Shown here: in pieces, positions 26,208-39,787 of the stretch
Layout of the letters: the number at the start of each line of letters is the position of its first letter
Numbering within the stretch: the first letter of the stretch is position 1
DNA from: Rotaria socialis
Taxonomy: Eukaryota
Assembly (NCBI GenBank): GCA_905331295.1
Contig: CAJNYD010000423.1
Coordinates: 62,001-126,000, forward strand
Direction of reading: 5' to 3'
DNA: 64,000 nucleotides
Translations under genes and position numbers: made by a program
The notes under the pieces: generated by a model
The model's input: only the letters and a program-made list of their open reading frames with translations
Told to the model about the DNA's origin: nothing
The model's database searches: none

Positions 26208-26530
26208 CCCATGTTGCGAATACCGGATCATTTTTGCGGTAAACCGCGGTATTTATCCGTTCTGCGGTAATGGGAGCCGGTAACCGGACCGGTAAAACCG
26301 CGGTAAACCGGCGGTTTTTTGCTCATGTTTATCACATGTAAAAGTAAAAAAAAGGGTGATTAAAATAGTTTAATTGATGATTTGGAAGACTTTTTCTGTC
26401 AAAGATTATAGACGAACCGGTTAACCGCGGTATTAATCAAAACCGGCGGTTTACCGCGGTAAATGTCGGATCATTTTTTGCGGTAAACCGCGGTTAACCG
26501 CCGATTTTCGTGCGGTTTTTATTACATGGG
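26208..26530. mobile_element. GC-rich MITE-like element with ACCGCGGT subterminal repeats
   Basis: Imperfect TIR CCCATGT...ACATGGG and five CCGCGG sites in two clusters around an AT-rich middle. No TSD identified. Confidence 0.55.
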
Positions 26531-26667
26531 GGGTCAAGAGATGTTAAAAATTTCTCCGCCATGCTGTTACATAGCACTTTCCACGTCGATACTGAACAGG
26601 TACTGTGTACTGTCTAAAATAGATAGTATCGTGTCCCTGATCAAAAACAAAACAACATTTTCGGCNA

Positions 26668-27907
26668 TCATTATACATTGAATGCAGTCATTAACAGAAA
26701 AAAGAAATAGAATCAAATGAAAACAGTCGCTTAAGTTCTCCATCGTTGAAAAGTAATTGAAAAAACTCCAGTCATCTTAGAAAAAAAATAGTTGTTACTC
26801 TACGAAAAAGTAATACTTATGCATTGTAGAAAATTAAAAAAAAAGTATTGCAATCAAATTTCATTATTTTATGTTCTCACCTTGTTATTAATAGAAAAAT
26901 CGGGACGAAAATTTAAACTCGTGGTAGAAAAACAAGCAAAAATACTTCATGACAACAATCGGTCTTTTTTTATATCTGAAAGATATTTCTAATGAGAATG
27001 TTAAAAATACAACCGTAATCACAACTGAAATTTTTTCGTCTACTTTGACGTATATGCTATGTTAATTTATGGTAACATTACGTACATTTCTAATTTCGAT
27101 GAGCATGACTAGCTTCATGAGTTAATAATATTTTCCGAAAGAGCGTTTAATTAACTTTGAATGGACAATTGCAATATTGGTGTAGAGAAATGAAACCACT
27201 AAATAATCGAGGAATAAACACGAATCAAGAAACAAATTGGAAGAATATCGAAACCGTGGGATAACGGAATCGAGGAATATATGTTGAAGTATTCCCTAAT
27301 TGACATTCAGTTTTCTTTCCTTTTTGTAGAATATTTTGTAAATCGATAAATTTTGCATAGTTACCTATACTATATGCAAGTCCACCAAAAAACAATAGTG
27401 ATAGTGCAAACCATTTTCTTCTTGTCAACTTTTGCTTGATTATTATTCGGTATAGAATAGCTGTGGTTAATATTTTGAAATTCGATAAAATTTGATAAGA
27501 TGCTGGGTCCATCTGAACTTGCATATGTACAGCTAGATTATTATTAATAAAATAGAGTATTCCCGGTATTGAATAAGGTAGTGATTGTTTCAACCATGAT
27601 CTAATTTGCTTTCTACTTAGAGAAACATCAACGTTAACCGATGAAAAATAGAATAAAGCAGAAAATGAAAATATTAATTTAGTAAATTCGAGAACGAAAT
27701 TCATCGTTGTTGATGAAAAAGCCACAGCGCCATCTTTTTCGCAGAGATGCACTAATATAGAATACGATCCATATGCTAGTATTTGAAAAATAATCATAGA
27801 ACGAAAGCCAATTGATTGTAGAAGATTGTCCGATTTTTGTTTAGAATTCTGCGAATGCTCGGGCTTCGATAACAATGATGCATTCGGATCAGTAGTGTTC
27901 GCTGAGT
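26668..27907. repeat. Near-identical direct duplicate of about 15180-16420 (SLC35A exon 1 plus part of intron 1)
   Basis: Identical text from ATCATTATACATTG onward; the differences I could see cluster in the last ~85 bp. It starts immediately after the single N at 26667. Confidence 0.92.
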
Positions 27908-27950
27908 CAGGCATTGGCAAATCAAATCCAACAATATTATTAATCTGCAT
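27365..27950 (-). CDS. Second copy of SLC35A exon 1 with a different N-terminus (MQINNIVGFDLPMPDS...)
   Basis: Same protein as 15878-16420 apart from a few residues. An acceptor-like ttatag lies just upstream of the ATG and the donor G|gtaact is intact. No adjacent exon 2. Confidence 0.65.
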
Positions 27951-29363
27951 TCTATAATGTGCGAGAAAAGGAAAGAGAGAAAATACTGCTTTCAGAAAAG
28001 CTCAGATAGAATGCAACAGAATAGAAGAGACCAAATTGACCGCTTTATTGAAGGAAGAAAATAGCGTAGAAATATTTGTTCCTGTTGTAGGAAAGAAGGA
28101 AAAGGAGCATATAGTATGCCATAACATACAAAATACGTGAGGTAGCAACAGTGGTGTGATAATTGTGATAGTAATATAAGCCAGATAAAGCAGCTCATTG
28201 TTATTTCACAAATGTTTCAGTTCTTTTTTTGAACGATATAAAATATGCATACTATGTATTTAACTGTAAAATTATCATTGTTTCATTCATTTAGAAGACC
28301 TCTTAAACGTTATCAAGCATAGGATTAAAGTTAATATAATTGTGCTTTAACTAAGTTTCTTTTACATCATAGTCTGAAAACATGATAATGGTGCAGTAGA
28401 TTTTTCAAAGATAGATCATCGCCGATCATATCTACTCTGTTCATACAGTATTGTAATTTTGTTTAGTTGAACTATTTCGAATAAATTGAACAATACTAAA
28501 TAACCTTGGAACAAATATATTTCCCTATAGCTTTTCTCTGGAGAAGAAAAAGAAAATTTTGAAATAAAAATAAATACATAAATAACCTATGAAAATACTC
28601 TAACAATCGTGCCATTTTATCAAAAGAATATCGAATGTTAATAGCACGTGATAGACAATATATATTTTCTAACAGAAAAATCGATAATTAAAAATAGTAT
28701 TGACTGTGTCACCTCAATCAATTATTAACTTATGATCGATATAGTTACACGCTTTCACCAGCATCTTTCAGCGTAGTTTAAATGCCATATCTCATACTTT
28801 TTGATTAACATAAAAAAAGTTGAATAACATTAAAGTTAGTTTGTAAGTTCAACGTGATTTCTAAATCCAATGATCGCGATAGTAGGTCAATAAAATGATC
28901 TTCATTTAGAAAATAGATAAGATAGGATAAACAAGAAAATTTCATTATATCTATATATTATTTGATTGCACTGGCAATAGATTATCAATTTATATAAGTT
29001 ATTATGTTTTTGCTATTGTGAACGTTGATATGATGTTAGGTTGTTTCAAATTGCATGCGATTGTTCAAATTCAAAATATTTTCTTTCAACTGTCAGGCAT
29101 GATTAAAATTTCATGCAACACTGATAGATGTTGTAAGAGTATTTCATAACCAAAAAATGATCCAAAAGAGTGATTGTGATTGGTTTTTTTGTAGAATGAA
29201 TTACAATCTAAATAATAAAACTCTTGCAAAGTGATATAGATATCAGTAGATTAATTCAAAATGTTTTTTCTTATATTGGAACATTTGAAGTTGGTCTATC
29301 AATGAAGTGGCAAAGAGAAGTAGTACATTTATTCATACAAAATCAAAATTTTGATAAATATAT

Positions 29364-29478
29364 CAAGGGGGAACAAACTGATTTCTAATACTCAAAATCA
29401 CACCAAATCACGGGTAATCACAAGAAATCATAGAAATCGCTAGACAAAAAAATCGAGAAATCAGTTTGTTCCCCCTTG
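29364..29478. mobile_element. 115-bp hAT-type MITE
   Basis: Perfect TIR CAAGGGGGAACAAACTGATTTCT and AGAAATCAGTTTGTTCCCCCTTG; 8-bp TSD AAATATAT on both sides. Confidence 0.88.
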
Positions 29479-30787
29479 AAATATATACATAACCATAAAT
29501 AAAAGCATCATTTAGATAAAAACAATTTAAAAGCGACGGCTCAAATAGAAGTAAATATATCGACATACGTCACTTTCATGTCATTGAAATGAGTTAGTAT
29601 AACAATGAATGATTATTTGTTCATTTTCATGACACAACAGTTTACTATTTTTATTCTATGGCGATAATTATTGCAGATGTCTATCAAATCTAAATAATTT
29701 CGAACAGTTTCTATTAGAAAATATAAATTTGGATATGTGTGCATTTAGATAAAGAAAAATTAAAAACACAAAAGGTTCACAATTAGCTATCTATAAAATC
29801 ACAAGTGCGTGATTATGAGAGCCGAAATAATTCTTTTTTGGTTGAGACAAAACTTTCCCCTACGTCGATTAAACCAGCAGATTTGTAATGTTCACTTCAT
29901 TTTGTCAACAAAGTCATGTGCTATTTCCGTTGAACGCTATCATCCCTAAAATTTGTGAACATCTGCATAGTTTTTATGCAATCATTAAGGAGATTCGCCT
30001 GTTTAATATATTGTTTTGCAATTTATATTCTTGTGATTGGCATTGGTAGAGTGGATAGTGAAGATAAAAATGAATTCTACAAACATGTGCACCATGTAGT
30101 CGTCCTTCTCGAGTATTTGTTATTGCATTAAATCTTGAATCTATTACTAAATATCGTGAAATAAATTCAGATATTGAATTTCTCACAGTAAATGATTTTC
30201 CAGTGCTGACAATGCTCTTCGAATTTCGGTTCAAACCAATGCTGTTTATTGAACAAATACGATGCGTAGAAAATGAACTTTAAAAAAATAACTTGTAACA
30301 AGAAAGTGCTGCATTTTTTTCTAATTGAAGTGAGTATTTGAAATATCTATTTGAGTGGAAACTGGCAGAATATTGTAATCATCATAAAATATACTCTACA
30401 GTGTCACAGTGTGAATGGACTCTTTTTTTCTTTCTGCATAATCCTATAAATGAGTGAAACTTAGATAAAAAATCGAAGGAATTCATCAATCACAGCCTTG
30501 ATGAAAATAATACAGATAGAGATTTAACCTACGCTTTGATTCTTGTCTGATGAAAATATTTTAGTGCTAATCTATAACTACAATAAAAATCAAAACGTCA
30601 ACTAATCATAATCTATTATTATCAAATTTGCAATACATCTATTTTTCTTTTGTTATTTCGTGCGATACATATATGTCTATTAAAACGTCGATATTATGTT
30701 ACTTTATTTTATAATTTGAATTGAGGCGTATATCTTTATTATTCACATATCTATGCAGAAGTGATAATATCACCAAGTTATTTTATT

Positions 30788-33277
30788 TCACGATGACGAA
30801 GTCGTGGTAGTTGTAGTAACTCCTCCATTCAATGAATTCAATTGCTGCCTGATTAAATCTTGTTCGGTAACATCTGCTATATTCATAGCATACTGAATTT
30901 TTCTTTCTAATTCTCGAACAGCTTTTTGCCTTGAATCTTGTTGAATCAATAGTGGACGTTGTTGAACACGCTCTTTCATTTCATCTAATTTCTTTGCATA
31001 GTCATCTTCACTTCTACGCATTGACTGTCGTAATTTACGTGCCTAAACGAATAGAAAAGTAAAATTGTTAGATAAAAGACATATAAGAAAGTTAGCACTA
31101 CATTTTCATCTCGTTTTCCTTTCGAAATAACTGCTTGATCTTGTAATTTAGTTCGTTCACGAATTTCTTCCCTGATTTTTCTATCTTTTGCTGATTTTGA
31201 TCTTTGAAGTGTTTCTTCAAGTTTATTTTCATGTTCTTGTTCTCGTCTTTTTTTCTTTCCAACGGCTTCTCTTAATCGTTGTGCTTCAGTTTGTTTTGTT
31301 GGTATTGCTTCAGACTGTTGAAAACTAGCTGATAAATTTGTTAATGATGCTGACTTTGTTGGCATTTGTTTTCCTTTAATACGAAATGTTTGAGAATGTT
31401 TTAACTCGTGATCCTTTCTAATATCATCGAGAATTTTCTCTTTTTTCGATGGAATTAAATTAGTATACAATAAAAATGGTTTACATTTTGTTGGTGATCG
31501 CATACGTTTTGATTGTTCCATATTACGTGTAAATTTTGAATGGAGTTTATCATAATTTGGAACATAATAACTATTTGTTTTTGGTTTAAAAGAAAATTCT
31601 TCGTAACCAATACGTGCTAAATCGTTGGCACTCATTGAACGTCGTGATTGTTTCGATTTTTTATTACTAAATGGTAAGCGAGATTTTCGAAGTAGTTCTT
31701 TTGAGCGTATGTTTCTTCGAATTGAACGGTAAACCTCTTGTTCCTTCATTCTAAAAAGTTCAAATATTGAAATGAACAAAAATAATATTAGTTTTTATTC
31801 TATACTGTTCGTTTTCTTGGCGTGTTTGATAATAAAAATCTGGTAAGGGTTTAGCTTTAAATTTAGAATCAGATTGAATCATATCCCCTCCAGAATATGA
31901 ATGTCGTCTTAATACTGTTTTAGCCTTTTCACGTGAATCAAAACTAAATGGTTTCGATATTGATGATAAATATTCTCTTGTCATTTGGTGAATTTGCTCA
32001 CGACGAAAACGTTGATCTTCTTGTAATTGTTCATATAACGGCAAGTTAACATGAGCAGGAACAGTATTAGCTATAATAGAAAATATGATATTAATGAACA
32101 CACTAATTATGATAAGTAATTGTTTCCTATAGTATGTAAGGTATATTTAATCGGATCCGACTTCAATTTCGATTACTCAAAAACTTTTAGTGATTTTTGC
32201 TTGAACAAGAAATTTTTCTAATATTACATAATAAATTTAGATTTCTTTTTCAAGTCTATTTTCTTAGCATTTTAATATTAATTCAAGCTCGATTTACATA
32301 ATGAACACTTATAATATTTTCAGTTGGCAAAACAAGGAATATAAATGAATAAATTTCACGTGCTTTTTTTTTATACATATTGCTGAGTGCCAATATGAAA
32401 CAGTCAATTATTCCTGAGAATTCAAGGTCACTTTAAATAAATTTACCTTTGAAAGAACGACGAAGGTTAAGTTCTTCGTCAACTTCTTTTTGTAATTTTG
32501 CTGCTTCAATATCATGCATACATCTCTTTCGATGTACACTATCCATAGTCATACTGTTTGTAAGTGCAAACGGCGCTGGGATTGTAATACGACCAGCCCA
32601 ACTAGCTGCTGTCGATGAATGGCGATTTCTAAATAAAACAAATAAATCATACAAATATATAATAGAGTCTTAAATGTTTTGACTTACTTTCTATTTTCGA
32701 TATAATCATCCAACTCAAATTCGTTCCACATGCTCTGTATTTGGGTTTTCATATGATTGGTTGTTAGATCGTGTGTAGTTGTTGCTGTTGAATTTCCAAC
32801 AGATGTTCGATGTGGACAAAAAGCTATGTCATCATCATGTCTTCGAACGATATTAGAAGACATTGAACGATGATTCATATGATGTTGAGCGCGTTCTTCA
32901 GTTAAAAATACAGGTGATGGTAATTGTTTTGATGCTTTTGGTAATGGTGGTTTTGCTGTTACTATTGTCTCATGCTTGTTTTGTATTTGACTTTCCTGAG
33001 TATAGTTGGGTAAATCAAGCGATGATGATGTTGCCTGTTGATTATAATAATTACGTTCAGCTTGCGCTAATTGTATACGCTGTTCAGAACGAAGTTTTTC
33101 AAGCGTATCAAGAAATGACGAGCCACCATTTCGATTATCATGTTCGAGTTTTTCAAGTAACTTCTGTTTATATTGATCATTATTAGATGTGTTATTGTGA
33201 ACTGTTCGAGTTAATGAATTGAGTTTATCGAAGTTTTCATGTGAATTGTACTGATCAATCATTGAAACGCTTGACAT
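30788..33277 (-). CDS. FAM161-family (UPF0564) centriolar/ciliary microtubule-binding protein; five exons
   Basis: Motifs ITIPAPFALT, RRSFK-ANTVPAHVNLPLYEQL, KPFSFDSRE, FKAKPLPDF, VPNYDKLH, PTKCKPFLL and RVQQRPLL. GT-AG introns at about 32687-32629, 32446-32071, 31805-31751 and 31101-31043. Confidence 0.8.
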
Positions 33278-33395
33278 TTTGTTGTTTTAATTAGCTGAAT
33301 AGGAAACTAAACGAATAATTAATGGATTATCAATAGAAGAAAAAGGCATCATATCGTCGGTTACTAAGGTTATATCAGATTTCAACCTCTAGAGT

Positions 33396-33408
33396 GTTGC
33401 TCAGCAAT
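33396..33408. promoter_or_regulatory. Candidate RFX X-box upstream of the FAM161-like gene
   Basis: GTTGCTCAGCAAT, a near-palindrome about 120 bp upstream of the ATG; a second weaker site GTTACTAAGGTTAT at 33360-33373. Confidence 0.4.
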
Positions 33409-34098
33409 ATATGTACTCAGTAAAGCGCAGCGCCCTCTGGCGAACATGGAGAAAAGCTGAGCATTTATTAGGAAAAATACTCACGATATATGTATCAGTG
33501 CCTTTTCCTATTTTATTATTAATATTGACTATGATGAGTACAGCCTTGTTCTATTTATTTTTTTATAATTATTAAAATAGGACAAAAACACTCTAAGAAC
33601 GTATTACATTTATTCATCAATCGTTTTCAGTACGACTGAATTAAATACATTGAAGACTGAGAGAAGATGTTGGTTTTTTTGAGAGACATAATTTTTATTT
33701 AATCTTTTCAAAACGACATTTATCAAGTTGTACGAAGTACGCAGAGAAGAAATATATTCCATATTAGTGGCGTAACCAGGATATGGCATGGTTGGACTGA
33801 GCACAACCATCAGAGTTTTGCGCCCTACCACCGGTTGTTAAAAAAAAACTATACATGTTTCGTCTACCAATTGTGAATGAACATTTAGTAAAATATAGCT
33901 GATAATAAACACCGCACGTAATACAATGTCGAATACTCGATTAAATGATTTGTGTGTTTTAGTGGTAGAACAGGATTTCAACATTCATTTCGAAAAACTG
34001 ATGGATAATTTTTCTGATACGCACAAAAACAGTAGAGTTCTTTTAAAGTAAAACATTGTGATTATTTATTTAATTTTAATAAAAATCGAAGCATTATA

Positions 34099-34866
34099 TT
34101 AAGGCCCCCCTCAAAGAAGGTCAGTTTTCGAAAAAATCATCGAAATTGAGATAGATATATAGAGAGATAGCCCGTGTTCTTGTCTTTCATATCCGAGTAA
34201 AGCTTTTCTCAGATAGGTTCTTCTTGACCCTGAGTTTGAGGATTTTTGCGGTACCCTACTCCAAAATCCAGTGGTTTTTTGAAGATCGGGAAAATGTTTC
34301 CTTTTTTCTCGCATTTCACTTCCTCAAACGCGCATTCAAAAAATATCAGTACTGATTCGTTCAACATATTCATTTTTATTTTTGTTCGAAAGAGCGTCTC
34401 ATGACGCAGCGAATGAAATTGCCCTTTTGAGGTCCATATACGGCCAACTACAAAACTTGGTCATCTTTTTTAGCAATTTTTTAAGTACTTTAACCCAGGA
34501 CATACAATCCGAGAATCGCATCCGACCGGAATCTGATCGGATTTTATAGGAATTCAGTGAATCCAACGAAATCCTATGGAAATCCAGGCAACGAATCGAC
34601 TAACGGAGCTGTAGTGTTGGAATCCGATAAAATCCTCTGCTGTCGGAATTCAACGACGTTCCTAGGGAAACCTATTGGATTTGACTGTTTCCTGCAAGAA
34701 TCGATCGGATTCCAACACTAGGAATCCGTGAGTGGGTCACAACCGGATTTACTTAGAGTTCTTCAGGATTAACCGATCGAGATTCGATTGGATCCAGCTA
34801 TGGGATTGTTCGTCCTGGGTTCTCGAAGGGTTAATCAATTAAATATAACTTTAAGATTTTGCCTTT
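34099..34866. repeat. Interspersed repeat related to 54035-54486, carrying a nested MITE; right boundary uncertain
   Basis: Shares the start TTAAGGCCCC..TCAAA and the internal GAAAGAGC..NTCA.GACGCAG...TTG.CCTTTT motif with the 54 kb copy. Confidence 0.4.
34492..34821. mobile_element. MITE related to the 18148-18517 element
   Basis: TIR AACCCAGGAC..ACAATCC and GGATTGT..GTCCTGGGTT; the same internal GGAATC/ATCCGA repeats. Confidence 0.7.
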
Positions 34867-37055
34867 AGGAGAGTTAACGTTGAATGGAATGAAACCTTGG
34901 ATCAACTAGAAATAAGATCACCAGATAGAGATCGTCGAATCTATCTGCACGTACAGTGTTTCGATTGAAAACTATTCCTGATCTAGTGGCGACAATATTT
35001 AACAAAAACTAGCGCTAACTTGAAGTTTTTGGGCTGCTTTTAGCCGAATGAAGCATCGAATAGGAAAAATTGAAAGAAACATTCGATAGAGCACGTCGAG
35101 TTCCGTCTGGAGCCGAGGTGTCTTTTTGATTGGAAACTATTCTTGGTAGAATCGGGACAAGTTTTACGACTGTTGAATGCTTCATGCACGTGTTTTTTGC
35201 AATAATTCAAGGTTTTAGGCCGAATGAAAGAACGTTGTTTTTTGGAAAAAATCATGCCATTGGATACAGTTTATCAAGATCTAGTTAGAGACTGCATGTT
35301 TGATTTGGAAACTACTTCTAATCGAAGCGCGAAAGAAAATAGTCGAAGCCTGAGCTAAGTAAAATATCTGACGTAACCGTTAGACCGTTCTTTAGAAAAA
35401 GAATTCATTAAATATTCTATGAAAAGATCTGTCATTCAGTTTAAAATAAAAATTAGCTGTGTAACTGTTTCTTCAGATCATGCATAGATCAGCGATATAT
35501 TTTCTGTTCAAAATACTACAGCAACAAAAAGTTTTACTTGCTTATGTATTCGTTTTTTTTTATGAAATGTGTTGCGAAACAAAACTGTCAGATATGGGAT
35601 AGACAAACAATCCGAGTTGAATACATTAATTGTCAAAAAAAGGTAAATCTGTAAAAATATAAAAACTACTGCATCAAGTGTTAACTTCGCATAATTCCTT
35701 TTGGTATTATTCATCTCAAGTGTTAGACAACCGAACAAAATTATTTCGAATATTTTTGACCTTATTATCTATCTAAGAAAAAAAATTTAATCTACCGTCA
35801 AATATTTTCATAAAGATCGATCTAAATCAATACTATGTCAAGAAAGAATTGAACAATCAATCTAAAAATATGCATTTTCGAAGTTTCTTCAATCGCGTTG
35901 AGTATTTCTATGAAGTTTTTAAAACAGAATCAGACTATTCAATAATTTTTTATTTACTCCCATATAAATTTATTTTTAGATTGATAACTAAACATCTGTT
36001 GATAGAAATACTTTGGAAAACAAAAAGCTAATAAAATTTTCATAGCTGTTTACACATTCAATAGTATTAATCGATGTTTCAAAGGATTTTTTTATCTACA
36101 TTATTTATAAATGTACATATTTTTATGCTACGCCAAAAGAAACGATGGGAAATTTTGTTTAACTCTCATTCTAACAAGTATGAATAGAAATGTATCGCTG
36201 AACTTTACAATAAATTTTCCTTAGTCGACGTTGAGAAAACCATGTTTGAACATTGGCTAGGGCGAGGTCATGCTTTAGCATAAATAAGATCTAACAATAC
36301 GACAGTTTCGATAATAAGAATAGAAATATTTAGTTGAATATTTTGGCATGTCGTAAAAACCAATCAACCATAACAACTGTATCAATGACAATCATTACTG
36401 TGCTGTTTAACTTATCCTGAGAAAATGTTCGGTCACGAATAATGAATGAAAGAGAACAAATGAAAAAACTTTTGAAAACAAAATATAGCGAGAGAAAAAC
36501 GTTTTTCTGGAATTTTTTTATTGCCGGCCACTTAAAAGAGTAAACGAGAGACAAATAAACAATATGGATGATATACGTTAATAGACAATAAAAATGAAGC
36601 TAGAACAATCAATAAGAAATAAAACGAAAAGACAAGAAAAAAGACCGAAATATATATATATATGTATATATATAGTCATCATCATCATCAGCAGCAGCAA
36701 CAGCAACAACAACATATTCAGCAAATAGACAATACGAACACAGAAGAAAAAGGAAATCTTTCACTACTGCCATACACTCTCTCAGCTTTTTTTTTGAATT
36801 AAAAATAAACAATAAATGAAAAAGAAATAAAGGAAGAGAAATGGAATTCTTATGTTATAAATGGCCGATATTTTGTTTATTCATCTTATATGCATGTTGT
36901 TTAGTTTATTGTGTAACGACATCGACAAACAAAAAACAAACGAAAGAAAGTAAATCAATATAGTTAAAGGATCGCAAAATGTAGAATATAGATTAGTTAT
37001 GTGTGCATAAATATCAGCCGGCATATTTTCATAAAAATTCTGTTTGCTTTTTTTT

Positions 37056-38020
<965 letters not shown>

Positions 38021-39787
38021 TGTATCTGTGAAATTGTTTTGTTTTTATTATATTATAGGAGATCTTGGTATGATCTAAAAGCAGCAAAAGAAAATGAAAG
38101 ATATGAAAAGATAATCAACTCTCATAAAATAGACAGGTGAGGAGAAGGTGATGATCATGATCATGATGACGACTCGTGTCTACGTTGATGTTGGCCTTTA
38201 TAACAAAAGTTTAGCCACTATGATGATTCAATTTTGTAACGATGTGAGAAATTTTAAATAAAAAATTATGCAATGAAAACAAAAACGTGGCTTTCATTTA
38301 AAAATACTTGTATGACGAACTTATATAATGAACTTGAAATAAAATGCATGACTAATTTGAAAATATATAGAATAAGAATGACGATATTGGAGCACTGAAT
38401 AACCAATAGAAATCCGATAAATCATTCATATAGATAAACAGCTAGCTGTAGCTATGTAAGTAGTATGATATTGATACAGTAACGAAAGATATGTAGAGAT
38501 CAGAAATCTCTTATCTTGCTTACGTTGGAAACAAAATGTAATGAATGAAAGTCAAAGTTTTTGAGGAAAAGTATATCTTATCGATCAACGTTCTTTTCCA
38601 GTTTATTCATCTATTATGCTGATTGAATTTTATATTAATCTTTTCTTCTCGTTATCGAGATAAATATGCTTTATTTCCTGGTTGATAAAATAAATATATT
38701 TGTATCGAAAGTTGATTTGTTCAATCAACGGTATCATACTTCTATTCGTTGAGGAATCTAACGACTTCAAGTGTTATACTCTCTTTTTTTTAACTATATG
38801 AGGGTATGTCTGTGAGTTTACTTTTTTTTTTATCAAGCTATGAATATTCATATGCCATAATAGGATTCTAGTGGGAAGATTTAATTTTTGTCTTGCTTGA
38901 TCTCTTAAAGGAGAAAACTCTTCAATATGACTAGTCAGTAAAAGTAATACTGTTCACGTTGGTACATCTGAGAGATCTTACAATAATTTGTACAGTTCAA
39001 CCGCATGTAATTGTCTTGTTTCTAAGATATTGAATGTTTAAATTTGATTTGAATAATGATTAGTTAAAATCTCAGTATATGATAAGAAATCTGGCTTTGT
39101 AATAAAGTCTATAATGATATAAGATATGCAGTACTTAATTGGTGAGCTTTGGTCTTGTTTATCACTTGTAGACAGGTATACGTTATTTTGTATTACATGA
39201 AGTCTTTCAAATGAAATGTGTGAGATTTGTTTTTTTTTGTCATCTTTCCTAACTCTCACTTTAATGAATTTATTCTTGCTTGTATGCCCCATAACCTTTA
39301 TTCACACATTTTAATTCAAATACTAATTATCACAATTAAACTTAGTTCAATATGTTTCGGATAACGACACAAAAATTTATGCACAATTGGCTTAATGCAA
39401 TTCCTTATCCTAACAACTAAACTATTAAGGTCAATACTACTTTCTTTGCTACAATTCGAATACACTCAGAACGATTAATATACCATGCTTTTCTTTGATT
39501 GTTACTCAAAATTTTATTTTCTTCGTAATAATTCATATGATAATATTTAATAATAGCTCTATTAGATAGAATTTTTATGATATTGTATTTGAACATTTCA
39601 TTAAAAAAATGTTCACAATCGAAAATATTTTCTTTCGCTATTTATGAAATCAACAATCTGCAAAAAATATACACAAATAAGACATAATCTTCATACATAG
39701 ATCTATATTTATCCAGTAAAAAATAAGATATACAATATTTTATCTGACATAAAATAATTACACAAGCTTAATAAATCTATGTTTGAA

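Noticed and set aside
33765..33830. TAGTGGCGTAACCAGG resembling the hAT-like TIR at 23704
   Set aside because: No matching second end or TSD was found; at most a fragment.
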